A stretch of 64,000 nt of DNA from Cenococcum geophilum (Eukaryota): assembly GCA_050273025.1 (NCBI GenBank), contig CP158635.1:17670001-17734000 (forward strand), written 5' to 3'. The notes beneath the pieces were generated by a model. It worked only from the letters and a program-made list of their open reading frames with translations, was not told where the DNA came from and made no database searches. Position 1 is the first letter of the stretch. Every line of letters begins with the position of its first letter. The translations under genes and the position numbers were made by a program. Shown here piece by piece: positions 13,901-27,464 of this stretch.

Positions 13901-16900
13901 TATAGGGGTTATCTTTAAACTAAGGAAGGTCTTACAAGTGGCGTACTAGGCTATTAGGTTTAGTACCTTATACTCCTAGTTTATATACAATTTTAAAGTT
14001 AAAACTAGAGAGGAACTCGTTCTAATATACTTAGCGTTAGTTTAGCTACTTTATGGTTATAAAGTACTTAAGGTTGCAATAGTCCGTAAGGACTTTAGTT
14101 GGCTAATTAGGCTCTACTAAGGAGAGTTCTAATTAGAATTCTTTAAATACTTATATAATTGCAAGGAGTTCTTTATTATAGATCTTATAGTTATACTCTT
14201 ATAGTATAAGCTTAAATAAGTAGAATGCAACTAGGTAAAGGAGACCGTTATTACCTATCTAGGAGAGGACGCCTACATTAACATAGTCTAAGGAGTTGGT
14301 TTTAAGATAGAGTTATCATCCTAGTATAAAGTGAGCTAGAATAAGTACTTTAGTAAAGGTATTTTTAAGGTCTTAAAACACCTTCTTATATTTAAGCGTT
14401 TAGGTAAAGCGTAGGTGCATTTTTCTTCCTTTTATAAAAAGGCCCTTTGTTCGCATTATTGCTATAAGTAGTGCTACTACGCCTAAGAAGTTATATATAA
14501 ATTTTTAATAGAAGTTGGCAAAACTAAGGAAGGCTTATATATCCTTAATGCAGTTAAGGGCTTGCTATTTAGTAATTATATATACCTTCTTAGGGTCTAT
14601 ATAGATACCCTTAGTAGTAACAATTAGTTTAAAGTATTTTACTTCTATAACTAAGAATTTACATTTCTTTAAATTAATATAAAGTCCTGCGTCCCTAAGG
14701 CGCTATAGAATCTTTTAAACATATTTAGTATACTTAAAAGAGTTATTGCTATAAATAAGTATATTATCTAGGTACGCAGAGCAAAAGTCATTAAAGTAGT
14801 CCCGTAAGGCGTTATTAATATAGCTTTAGAAGGTACCTAGGCCGTTATATATACTAAAGGGTATAACGGTATATTTAAATTAGCCGAAGCGTAATATAAA
14901 TATAGTTTTTTATTCGTTATCTTCCTATATTTAGAGATAGTTAAAGGCGGGGATAATATTAAGCTTAGTATAGATTTTGGCTTAGCTAAGCCGCTTAAGA
15001 GTCTCCTATATAAGTAGTACTGGGTATTAATTTTTAATTATAATAGCATTAAGTCCTTTATAGTTAACGTAGAATTAAATACCTTCTTCTAGCTTCTTAA
15101 TAAGAAGGATAGGGGCGGCTGCTAGTAATATGCTGGGATAAATAAACCCTTTATTAAGGTGCTTGTTGATATACTTTCTTATAATTAAAAGTTTGTTTTT
15201 TAGTGTTAGGTAGGGTCTCTTATAAAGTAGCGTTTTTCCTTATTTAATATTAATAGTATAGTTATTAGGTTAATATAGGGGGAGTATATCTACGCCCTTT
15301 TATAAGTATATATTAATAAAGTTATAATACCTCCTAGGGAGGAGCTTATAGAGTTCTTTATTAGTAAGTCCTTTTTTAAGTTTTATAAACTTCTTAAAGT
15401 CTAAAGGTAAAAGTTTATAGAGTTCCGCAGGGGCGTTATTTTCTAAAAAGTCAACTATATCTATTCTATTACTATAGAGGATATAATCCTATTCTTTATT
15501 AAGCTTATATAGTTATAATTAGGAAGCTATAGTAACGGTTTAGCCTTTTCTATATACTATACAGTAGAAGGCTACGGTACTTATATAGTGGTAGTTAGTT
15601 ATAGGTAGAGTAATAAGGGGTTTCTTAGGTTAATATCTTAGTAAATAAATAGAGGCGGTTAGGCTATATCCTAGGCAAGTCTCTCTACAGTATTTAGAGT
15701 TAAGGGTTGCTTTTTTCTTTTCCCAGTTAATAGCGGGGTTATATTATTTAAGCTAGCTTATTTTAAGGATAATAGGGTAGTTAGTAAGTGGTATAATATA
15801 GGCCTAGAGCTCTTTTTAGTGCCCGTTTATATCTAAATAAAGTTATACTATATAGGTAATCTTCTATACAATATAACTGCTATTAGTAAGTTATAGGGCG
15901 CGGGCTTTAGTAAGGGGTAAAATAGGTATCACGGCACTGACCTCACGCATACTGTTTTATACTATCTCGTACTATCTTATACTATTTCCTACTATTGGCT
16001 AGCCCACCACTAGCGCCTTAGCGGCTGGCCCTACTATTTATATACAATACCCCCTTTCACCTTCTTCTCCTCTTTATACTATAACGTAGTTATTTAGTCT
16101 ACTTTATTACAGCACCATAACAGTTTATGGTATCCCTAATTGCGCCCTATTATAACCTTTGTTTTTTCCTAGTCTATTATCTCTATTTTCCTAGTATAAT
16201 TGCGACCTGGCGTAACCGATAACACTATACTATAAGTCCTAGATAACCCTAGCACAGTTATAAATAATCTTAGTACCATAGCCAGCCTTATAGACTTTAA
16301 TTACCTTATACAGATCCCTTAAAATAGGCGACTATAATATGGATAATACCCTATTGGCGAATATACGTAAAGCACTCGCCTACCTTTTTAATACCTCCTA
16401 TACCCACATTGCCTGGGCAATTAGGAGTAGCCTAGAGTACCCTAAAGACCTTAACGTGGCAGGAACCTTCCAGCACCTCTCTATATGTGTAACTTTCCTA
16501 ACTAGCGTTAAGAGCGGTCTTTAAGCCGTCTATAATAAAGGCCGAAATATAAAGTCCTAACTTAAAGAAGCTTAGTATAGAATTGACTCCCTTAAGACAC
16601 TTAAACTATATATACAATAATATAAACAGTAAGCCTTTATAAATACTTAGACTATATAAAGTCTAAGCCTTTAGATTACTATACTTACCCAAACTATTAC
16701 CGATAAGAATACTGCTACTAGCTCTCCTTTTCTAACTAAGCCCTATAGGAAAAAGCGTAAAGTAAAAGATCTAACCCTATTTAATGGCAAGGGATCACCA
16801 ACTAAAAAGTAAGAAAAATTTAAAATATAGGAAATAAAGATCTAAGGCGTTTTCTGGAGGGATATAAAGTGCTTTAAGACCCTAATAGACGAAGTCCTCT

Positions 16901-18367
16901 ATATATTAGACATGCTAATAGATAAGGCTTATAACTATATTAAGTATAGCCTTAATATACTACGTATACACCTAAACGACTTAAGTAAATAGACCTTCTC
17001 TAACTAAGAGTTTATATTTATATATATAAGAAAGCACTATAAGACTATAGATATAACCTAAGCAGCTAAAAATAAGCTAGATACCTTAAGCTAAGGTGAG
17101 CGTAACTACTAGTCCTAGAAAGTAGAGCTTAATAAGTTAATAATTAAAGCAAATAAAACTAAGGAATAAAAAGTAGATCTACTTAAGAAGAATATTTCCT
17201 CTAAGATAAAGGACCTAGCCCTTACCCTTAGCTATAAAATTAATAATACTAACTATAAAGGCTGGAGTAAGCAGATGGATATATTCGCTTATAACCTATA
17301 GAACTATACCCACTATACTAAGCTAAATACCGCTAAGCTAAGTACTGCTAGCAGCTACTAACCTATATTACTATGGAATAACCCAATAAACCTTAACGCC
17401 GTTAAGTTTAGCAGTAGTAGTAATAGTCTCCCTAATAACGTCTAAAGATATTATATGGATAATAGACTTTATATAGCGTGTGGTTAACCTAGCCACTAAA
17501 AAGATGCTTATAACCCTTAGAAGAACTTAAACCCCCTTTTAATACTACTACGCTAACCCCTTCTTAGCCGCGGCGGATTCTTTAATAGAGGGGATAGTAA
17601 TTAAGGCGGTAACTATAGATAAGGATATAGGTTTGGATATAGAGACCTACCCCTATAATTTCCTTCCCTAATATAGCCTTAGCTAATAGTCCTATACGCG
17701 AACTACGGATAAGTACTCTGTGCTACTACTAATTATAAAACCGGCTATATTATTAGTAAAGTACCCTTTAGCATATATACACTGTTAGAGACTAATACGT
17801 TAGGATATATTAGCTAAGACTATAGCTACTAGCTAAGCCCTATAATTCAGCTATTAAAAGGCTAACCCTTAGACTAAGTTGCCTTTAAGGGTTAAAACTA
17901 TATAGGGAGGAGGATAAAAGGATTAGATCTATACTACTAGATTAGTTAAACCTTATTTTAAGCTAGCTACTACTTAACCTTAGAATAGTAAATAGCGATA
18001 GAAATGCTATCCTTATTTAGACCTACCTCTCTTACCGCGTAACCTACTCCTATAAGTTCTTATTAAAACAGTAAGCCTTATTAATACTAGTAGTATAGTA
18101 CTAGCGTTTATAGATAAAGACTTACTTATAAAAAAGTATAATATTATAATAAAAAGACTCCTAGTTCTAAAGCCATTCCGCCTTACTAATAGACTCCTAT
18201 CCGGGTTTATTACCCGCTACTTTACAGTAATAATAATAATTAGCCACTATACAGAATCTATAATCTTCTACGTTATAAAGTTATTACCCTCTATACTAGT
18301 AATTCTTAGAATGCCCTAGCTTAAAAAGTATAACCTACATCGGGAAAATATTCGCAGGATGAGATTC

Positions 18368-18541
18368 TGTCACGAAGTTCGTGTAGGGCAGTTCATTGAT
18401 GAAATGGGTTGATTGATTGATGATCTTGATCGTGTCTTGACCTAGGGCCCCTGGGCTTAGATGAAGATATTTACAAAGCACGGGCCCCGTGCACGTGACT
18501 CGTGCACGTCCTACGCCACAGAGAATACAGATTATCTGACA
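18368..18541. mobile_element. Solo LTR, 174 bp, essentially un-RIPed
   Basis: TGTCAC...CTGACA termini; TSD GATTC at 18363-18367 and 18542-18546; no partner LTR in the window. Confidence 0.85.
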
Positions 18542-18574
18542 GATTCAAGTAGACTTTGGTTTTCGCGTTTCGCG

Positions 18575-18812
18575 TAATTGACATGCAATTTAACCAACTC
18601 GACACGCAATTGACCAACTTGACACGCAATTGACCAACTTGACATATTCAAAAGTTAAATAACACGCAGTTGACCTAATTGACAACTTTAAAAGCTAACT
18701 ATATATTTCTTGACACGCAGTTAACCTACTTAACATATTTAAAAGTTAAATAACACGCAGTTGACCTACTTGGCAACTTTAAAAGCTAACTATATATTCC
18801 TTGACATGCAAC
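18575..18812. repeat. Subterminal repeats of the TIR element (GACACGCAATTGACCAACTT units and a ~90-bp higher-order duplication)
   Basis: Repeats directly visible in the sequence. Confidence 0.85.
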
Positions 18813-18873
18813 TAAGGTAAAGTTATATGCTAGTTACGCAATCTTATATAATCTTATATAGTCTTATTACTTA

Positions 18874-19218
18874 GAGGCTCTACACAAGGCTCTACACGAA
18901 GCTCTACATGAAGCTCTACACGAAGCTCTACACGAAGCTCTACGTACAGAGGCTCTGCACGAGGCTCTGCGCGAAGCTCTGCGTACGGAGGCTCTGCACG
19001 AAGCTCTGCACGAGGCTCTGCACGAGGCTCTGCGCGAAGCTCTGCGTACGGAGGCTCTGCACGAAGCTCTGCACGAAGCTCTGCACGAAGCTCTGCACGA
19101 AGCTCTGCACGAAGCTCTACGTACAGAGGCTCTACACAAGGCTCTGCGCGAAGCTCTGCGTACGGAGGCTCTACACGAAGCTCTGCACGAGGCTCTGCGC
19201 GAAGCTCTGCATACGGAG
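18874..19218. repeat. Minisatellite with 12/15-bp units (GAAGCTCTGCAC / GTACGGAGGCTCTGC)
   Basis: Tandem array that resumes at 24064-24092 after the Mutator insertion. It explains the low-complexity ORFs at 18854-19306. Confidence 0.95.
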
Positions 19219-22200
19219 GGGTGTTTCTAAAGTGCAGAATGCCCAGATACCGTGCGCAAGCCACCACCGGTGCCCCGGTGGACCCGATCCCCAATGTTTA
19301 CTATAGGCGCGCCATAGTCAACAACGGAGAACGCGTCCTCCCTTACCATCGCCCATTGCCTCTCATCCTCGCTATTAATTTTAAAGCCAGAGCCCTTGGC
19401 CAAACTTCTATACCGGCCAATATTATAGTATTTTCGGCTCTCTTAGTATGCCGCCTATTTACACCTTATTACCACGCCTATTAAAATTAATAAATCTACT
19501 ATTAAACCTTCCTATATTAACCACCGCCTACCTACTCCTCTATAACCCCCCTAATATTAAGAAATAATAGGTAGCTTTATTCTTAATTACCTTAGAGATT
19601 AAAATAATATAAAAGGAGTAGTAAAAGTGCTAGCTATATATAATAAACTTCTAATTATAGTAAAAGAATCTAAAGTTTAATCTAGAGACCCTAACGCGTA
19701 AGGACTATTACTACTATTAATAATAGTATATATAGAGTAGAAACAAAGGGAATAATATCTATAATTATCCTTTAATAATTACGGTAAAATATAGTATAAG
19801 ATTTAAGCTTACTAAGTTCTACTTATTTAACTACGTAGTACCTAATTATATTAAAATTACCCCCTATAGCAATTGCTTTTAGTATAAGTATATAATAAAA
19901 GAAGCGGATAAATTTAAACGGAATAGAAAGCTAATAAAGTTAGCTAGTTTTAAGATATGGAAATAGTATAAGCTAAAGGATATTAAAAATATAATTAAAT
20001 TAAATAACGACCTAGCTGCGCACGCTAAATTTAAGAATGCTAGTAGTACTTTCTTTAAGCTTAAAGACGTCTATAATACTAGCGTAAAATAAAAATTAAA
20101 GAACCCTTATCCTATACTACTTAGTACTAGTTTAGAGATTAATATATAATAATTAAAGCTTATAGAGTTTCTTAAGGGAGGTAAGTTCGCTATACAAATT
20201 TCCTAATTAGGCTATTTCTATTAACTCTAAGAAACTTTAAAAAATCTCTATTAATATTATTAATTAAATAGAGGGCTATAATTATTAAAATATAACCACC
20301 TAATATTAAGATAGTATTACGAGTATAGGTATAGTATAGGTAAACGCCTTTAGGCTTAAAACCCTTACCTACTATAGTGCTTAGCTTATAATAATAAACA
20401 CTACTTATAATATAAATTTAGTTAATTAGTACCTATTTACACTTATAGTACGCAACTCCTATAGTAGCTATTAACCCTACGTATTCTTCCTTATAAGTCA
20501 CTAAGACGCTAATATAATATTAACCTATTTAAATAAGGTTATTAAGTAGTAAGTTATATATTTTTAGTTACGGTAGGCCTTCCACTTAACCCCCTATATA
20601 ATACTTAAACCCCTATTTTATATAGTAAAATTATTTAATCTAGTATAGGTGCGGAGGCTATAGAGGATAGAACCCTTAATATTTTATTACTAATAATTCT
20701 GCTACTAAATAAAAAGCTATTTAAGAGGCTTTTCTGGGCCCTCTTATATCTACTAAGGTAGTTTAATACCTTCTTTACTAAAGATACTTTAATAAGACTC
20801 TTAAACGTAAATTTAGCGGCGATAAATATAAAGCGATATTACGGCACTACCTTTTAGCTCTTATATATAGATAAACGGAAAAGGGTTATATAAACTTAAT
20901 TCGTATAGCTATTAAATCTCTACCTATACCTAACTATAAGGTGGGCTTAGATTATATTTAGAAAGAGTTAATTAAGAAGATATTACTCTAGGCGCAGTAT
21001 AAATAGGAACATTTAATAATATTAATTTAAATTAGGACAATAAATATAGTAAAGGCCTAGTATAAAGTTCTAAAATACTTATTGTCGGAACATATAACCT
21101 AAGGCTAATATCACGTAATGTCGTAATCGTAGTCTTGTTAGGTTGTATGATCGTTTTCTTCTAATTATATATAAAGAGGTGCAATTTAAGGGGTTTCCTG
21201 AGCTCGCTTAGCTTACGTAATTGCGACCATAAATTCCTATTCGAACTCGTTCAGACACTGGCGGTACTTAAAAAATGAAACTACTAGTATAAAAAGATAG
21301 TAAAAAGAGACACTATTAAACGTCATACGTTCCTAACGTTTTACCTATTCCCTATTATTTACCACTAAGATTAATTTTGAGCTTTAACTTAAGCTAGGAA
21401 AAGGGCTTAACAAGCTTGCTCTTGCTGTTAAATCTCTTCTTAATGTTAAGCTTCGATTTAAGCCTAATAAGCTTATTATTAAATTTCTTCTAGACGTTGA
21501 GCTTTAAGCTAAGCTTGGTAAGCCTAGTGAGCTTACTCTTGTACTTCCTTTTGCCATTTACCTTCTATCTACTCTATAAGTACGCTTATAAGAGAGTAAC
21601 GTTAATTGGTTAATTAAATTTGAAATCTTTGGCTTTTAAGGTACGTAATTAGCTCTTATAAGGTCTTTTTAGTAATAAGAGCAAAATCGGCTATTATGAA
21701 GCCTTAAGTTCGTAGAAATTATAGAATTTGTACTAAATCGGAAAGTTATGTGGCGTCCCTTATAATTTGAATGGATCTTTCGTTAGAAATAAAGGTAGGT
21801 ATAATAGCAGGTTGCGGAGGTTCGTACGAGTTTAGCTGTTGTGGCTCCTTAGCTTTAGTTAACGAAGAGGGTGAAGCTAGCGGAGCTTCCGTGGATAGAG
21901 CTTGCGCGGACGGAGCTTATATAGGCGGAGCTTGTACAGACAGAGGTTGCGCGGACGGAGGTTGCGCAGACGGAACTTAAGCAGACGGAGGTTGCGCAGA
22001 CGTAGCTTGCGCGGACGTAGCTTGTATAGGCGGAGGTTATATAGGCGGAGCTTATATGGACGGAGCTTGCGGGGACGGAGCTTGTATAGACAGAGCTTGG
22101 GGTGGAGCTTATGTGGACGGAGCTTGAGCAGACGGAGTAGGGAGGTTGGGTAGAGGATCGTCCTTCGAGGCTTACGGGCCTATTACATTATCGTCTTAAG

Positions 22201-24063
22201 AGTTAAGCTTCTCTTAGTCGTTTGTTTAGTCTTAATTTCCGCTGGAGTCTACCTGTTAATTTCTAGAGTCCACCTATGTCTCGTCCTTATCTAACGTCTT
22301 AATAGTCTCTTCCTTTGACGTCTTATCTAGCTCTTCCTTTGACGTTGTATATGGCAGGCTAGTAGGGCCGTTGATTGATGTATAAGGTAGGGTAGGCTAG
22401 TAGGGCCGTCGATTGAGGTATGGTAGGCTGGCAGGGCCGTCAATTGAGGTATAAGGTAGGGTAGGCTAGTAGGGCCGTCGATTGACTGTATGTGGCAGGC
22501 TAGTAGGGCCGTCGATTGAGGTATGGTAGGCTAGCAGGGCCGTCGATTGAGGTATAGTAGGCTGGCAGGGCCGTCGATTGAGGTATAAGGTAGGGTAGGC
22601 TAGCAGGGCCGTCGATTAACTGTATGTGGCAGGCTAGTAGGGCCGTTGATTGAGGTGTGGTAGGCTGGCAGGGCCATCGATTGGTAGAAGCCTAGCTTGT
22701 GGTGTTCCTGATACCAGAATCGATCAGTTCGCTGCCGTACGCTCTAAAGATTAACAGGGAGGTAGTAATAGTAAAAAGAGAGCTGCCGAACGCTCTAAAA
22801 GCTGCTAAACGCTTTTTGCCTTTCTATTACTCTTTACGACAAAGTAAGTAGCTAACTGCCGAACGTTGTACAACTTGCTCAATCTACAAGACTGCCGAAC
22901 GTCTTCTTAAATTATAATCGCAGAATGCCCTAGGTTAAGTGCTTAATCTATGCGCATTTATTGATCAATGTCGGAACACATAACCTAAGGCTAATATCAC
23001 GTAATGTCGTAATCGTAGTCTTGTTAGGTTGTATGATCGTTTTCTTTTAATTGTACATAAAGAGGTGCAATTTAAGGGGTTTCCTGAGCTCGCTTAGCTC
23101 ACGTGATTGCGACTATAAATTCCTATTCGAACTCGTTCAGACACTTATTTAGTAAGGGAGAGCTCTATAAAACCTTACTTACTAGCTATACTAAGTATAT
23201 TATAGTTACTATAAAGGATTATAATATACGCGCTTATACTATAGAGCTTAAATTTTAAATAAAGCGGTACCCTATAGTCCTAAAACAGCCCTAAATAGAA
23301 AGCCTTCCTTATCTAGTATAGTTATTAATTATTAATAAGCTTAAAATTATAAAGAAAAAGGCTAAAGAATGCAACGATAATAACGGTAGGGAGCTTCTAG
23401 ATAAGATTAGCTGCTTATATAGCTTCTACTAATAATATTAACTCCCCTACCGCTATATCTGGAGTAATAATATAGTGTTTAGCTACCTATATAATAAGGA
23501 TTTTAAATAATATAAGTGCATATAGGAGGACTATGGCTTTAAAATATACTATAGTAATAATAAGGAGTATATTATAAAGGATATTAATAAAAATCCTTTT
23601 ACTTTTTAGCGAACTTAGCTTAAAATAAGGGAGGCCCTTAATAATATTAAGGATCGGTTCTACTAAATTAAGGAAAAAGCTACTTAATTGGAAACTAATA
23701 TATATAAGAAAGTAATAAATTAGTAGCTCTTAAAGCTTAATCTAGCTACTAGTAAGGTATAGTAATAGGGTATTAAAGAGTTTATTAAGGAAATAGGCGT
23801 AGTAATAAAGATCTATAGCTAAGTAGAAGGTAAAGGACTAGAATACTAGAAAATCTATCTATAATTAATGCCTTATATATTTAAATAACCTTATACTTTA
23901 AAATTAATGGCGAGGATAAGAGGCAATAGGCGATAGTAAGGGAGGACGCGTTCTCTATTGTTAACTATAGCGCGCCTATAGTAAATATTGGGGATTAGGT
24001 CTACTGGGGCACTAATAGTGGCTTACGCATAGTATCTAGGCATTCTATACTTTAGAAACACCC
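19219..24063 (+). mobile_element. Mutator-like (MULE) DNA transposon, copy 1, RIP-degraded, with a nested LTR element
   Basis: ~170-bp TIRs starting GGGTGTTTCTAAAG; 9-bp TSD CATACGGAG/TATACGGAG at 19210-19218 and 24064-24072. De-RIPed motifs: DTTHNTN..WYLFTLMVRN (~20400), FITDDSAAEQKA (~20685), TTNAVEAWH (~21040), SWIM-like CLCSFYQQYRLPCRH (~23410). Confidence 0.92.
21083..23143 (-). mobile_element. Small non-autonomous LTR element, 2.06 kb (TRIM/LARD-like)
   Basis: 175-bp near-identical LTRs at 21083-21257 and 22969-23143; TSD CTTAT; no pol motifs; internal tandem arrays at ~21880-22140 and ~22350-22685. Strand inferred from the internal frame. Confidence 0.9.
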
Positions 24064-24136
24064 TATACGGAGGCTCTATATAAAGCTCTATATTAGGTCC
24101 CCGCTATATTCCTAATAGCCTCTATATATATCTCTG

Positions 24137-26916
24137 GGGTGCTTCTAAAGTACAGAATGCCTAGATACTGTGCGTAAGCTATTATTGGTGCCCTAGTGGA
24201 CCTAATCCCTAATATTTACTATAGGCGCGCTATAGTCAATAACGGAGAACGCGTCCTCCCTTACTATCGCCTATTGCCTCTTATCCTCGCCATTAATTTT
24301 AAAGCATAAGGTTATTTAAATATATAAGGCATTAATTATAAATAGATTTTCTAGTGTTCTAGTCCTTTGCCTTTTACTTAGCTATAGATCTTTATTACTA
24401 TACCTATTTCCTTAATAAACTCTTTAATACCCTATTATTATACCTTATTAGTAGCCAGATTAAGCTTTAAGAGCTACTAATTTATTACTTTTTTATATAT
24501 ATTAGTTTCTAATTAAGTAGCTTTCTTCTTAATTTGGTAGAATCGATCCTTAATATTATTAAGGGCCTCCCTTATTTTAAGCTAAGTTCGCTAAGAAGTA
24601 AAAGGATCTTTATTAATATCCTTTATAATATACTCCTTATTATTACTATAGTATATTTTAAAGCTATAGTCCTCCTATATATACTTATATTGTTTAAAAT
24701 CCTTATTACGTAGGTAGCTAAATACTATATTATTACTCCAGATATAGCGGTAAGGAAGTTAATATTATTAGTAGAAGCTATATAAGCAGCTAATCTTATT
24801 TAGGAACTCCCTACTATTATTATTATTATATTCCTTAGCCTTCTTCTCTATAATTTTAAGCTTATTAATAATTAATAACTATACTAGATAAGAAAGGCTT
24901 TTTATTTAGGGCTGTTTTAGGACTATAGGGTGCCGCTTTATTTAAAATTTAAGCTCTGTAGTATAAGCGCGTATATTATAATCCTTTACAGTAACTATAA
25001 TATGCTTAGTATAGCTAGTAAGTAAGGTTTTATAGAGCTCTCCCTTACTAAATAAGTATTTTAGAACTTTATGCTAGGCCTCTACTATATTTATTATCCT
25101 AATTTAAATTAATATTATTAAATATTCCTATTTATACTGCGCCTAAAGCGGTATCTTCTTAATTAACTCTTTTTAAATATAATCTAAGCCCGCCTTATAG
25201 TTAGGTATAGGTAGAGATTTAATAGCTATATAAATTAAGTTTATATAACCCTTTTCCGTTTATCTATATATAAGAGCTAAAAGGTAGTGCTGTAATATTG
25301 CTTTATATTTATTGCCGCTAAATTTATATTTAAGAGTCTTACTAAAGTATCTTTAGTAGAGAAAGTATTAAACTACCTTAGTAGATATAGGAGGGCCTAG
25401 AAAAGCCTCTTAAACGGCTTTTTATTTAGTAGTAGAATTATTAGTAATAAAATATTAAGGGTTCTATCCTTTATAGCCTCTATACCTATACTAGATTAGA
25501 TAATTTTACTATATAAAATAGGGGTTTAAGTATTATATAGGGGGTTAAGTAGAAGGCCTACCGTAACTAAAAATATATAACTTACTACTTAATAACCTTA
25601 TTTAAATAGGTTAATATTATATTAGTATCTTAGTGACTTATAAGGAAAAATATATAGAGTTAATAGCTACTATAGAAGTTGCGTATTATAAGTGTAAATA
25701 GGTACTAATTAACTAAATTTATATTATAAGTAGTATTTATTATTATAAGCTAAGTACTATAGTAGGTAAGGGTTTTAAGCCTAGAGGCGTTTACCTATAC
25801 TATACCTATACTTATAATACCGTCTTAATATTAGGTAGTTATATTTTAATAGTTATAGCCCTCTATTTAATTAATAATATTAGTAAAGTTTTTTTAAAGT
25901 TTTTTTAAAGTTAATAGAAATAGCCTAATTAGGAAATTTATATAGCAAACTTACCTCCCTTAAAAAACTCTATAAGCTTTAACTATTATATATTAACCTT
26001 TAAACTAGTACTAAGCAGTATAGGATAAGGGTTCTTTAATTTTTATTTTACGCTAGTATTATAAACGTCTTTAAGCTTAAAGAAAGTACTATTAGTATTC
26101 TTAAATTTAGCGTGCGTAGCTAGGTCGTTATTTAATTTAATCGCGTTTTTAATATCCTTTAGCTTATACTATTTCCGTATCTTAGAACTAGCCAACTCTA
26201 TTAGCTTTCTATTCCGTTTAAATTTATCTATTTCTTTTATTATATACTTATACTAAAAGTAATTGCTATAAGGGGTAATTTTAATATAATTAGGTACTAC
26301 GTAGTTAAATAAGTAGAACTTAGTAAGCTTAAATCTTATACTATATTTTACTGTAATTGTTAAAGAATAATTATAGATATTATTCCCTTTATTTCTACTC
26401 TGCGTACGCTATTATTAATAATAGTAATAGTCCTTATGCGTTAGGGTCTCTAGATTAAACTTTAGATTCTTTTACTATAACTAGAAGTTTGTTATATATA
26501 GCTAGCGCTTTTACTATTCCTTCTATATTATTTTAATCTTTAAGGTAATTAAGAATAAAGCTACCTATTATTTCTTAATATTAGGGGGGTTATAGAGAAG
26601 TAGATAGGCGGCAGTTAATATAGGAAGGTTTAATAGTAGATTTATTAATTTTAATAGGCGTAGCGATAAGGTATAAATAGGCGGCATACTAAAAGAGCCG
26701 AAAATACTATAATATTGGCCGGTATAGAAGTTTGGCCGGGGGCTCTAGCTTTAAAATTAATGGCGAGGATGAGAGGCAATGGGCGATGGTAAGGGAGGAC
26801 GCGTTCTCCGTTGTTGACTATGGCGCGCCTATAGTAAACATTGGGGATCGGGTCCACCGGGGCACCGGTGGTGGCTTGCGCACGGTATCTGGGCATTCTG
26901 CACTTTAGAAACACCC
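24137..26916 (-). mobile_element. Mutator-like (MULE) DNA transposon, copy 2, 2.78 kb, inverted relative to copy 1
   Basis: Same TIRs; TSD ATATCTCTG/GTGTCTCTG at 24128-24136 and 26917-26925; reverse complement of copy 1 without the LTR insert. Confidence 0.93.
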
Positions 26917-26999
26917 GTGTCTCTGCCTATGTAGCCGCCTTATTTTTTACCCTTCCTTCCTTCCTTACATCCTCCCTACCTAGGGAGGCACTAGAACGG

Positions 27000-27425
27000 C
27001 AGCCAGCAGAGGACCGTTGCTAGAACTAGATGACTATCGCTAGAACCAGACGACCGTCGCCGTCGCCAGACGACTGTCGCCAGAGACAGACGACCGTCGC
27101 TAGAGCCAGACGACCGTCGCCAGAACCAGACGATCGTCGCCAGAACCAGACGATCGTCGCCAGAACCAGACGACTGTTACCAGAACCAGACGACCGTCGC
27201 CAGAGACAGACGACCGTCGCTAGAACCAGACGACCGTTACCAGAACCAGACGACCGTCGCCAGAGCCAGACGACCGTCACCAGAGACAGACGACCGTCGC
27301 TAGAACCAGACGACCGTCGCCAGAACCAGAGGACCGTTACCAGAACCAGAGGACCGTTACCAGAACCAGACGACCGTCGCCAGAGCCAGACAACCGTCGT
27401 CAGAACCAGACGACAACGACTAGCC
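27000..27425. repeat. Minisatellite with 20-bp unit CAGAACCAGACGACCGTCGC (~20 copies)
   Basis: Tandem array directly visible; source of the ORFs at 27026-27470. Confidence 0.95.
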
Positions 27426-27464
27426 AGCGAACACTATAAACGATTCGATCGATCGATCGAATCA

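Noticed and set aside
18854..19306. Repetitive ORFs (AELRAEP / LCTKLCT / RASC)
   Set aside because: They are translations of a stop-free minisatellite, open in several frames on both strands, and they run into a MULE TIR.
19221..19484. 87-aa ORF duplicated at 26651-26914
   Set aside because: It lies in MULE TIR and subterminal sequence and starts at GTG; the duplication reflects the two transposon copies.
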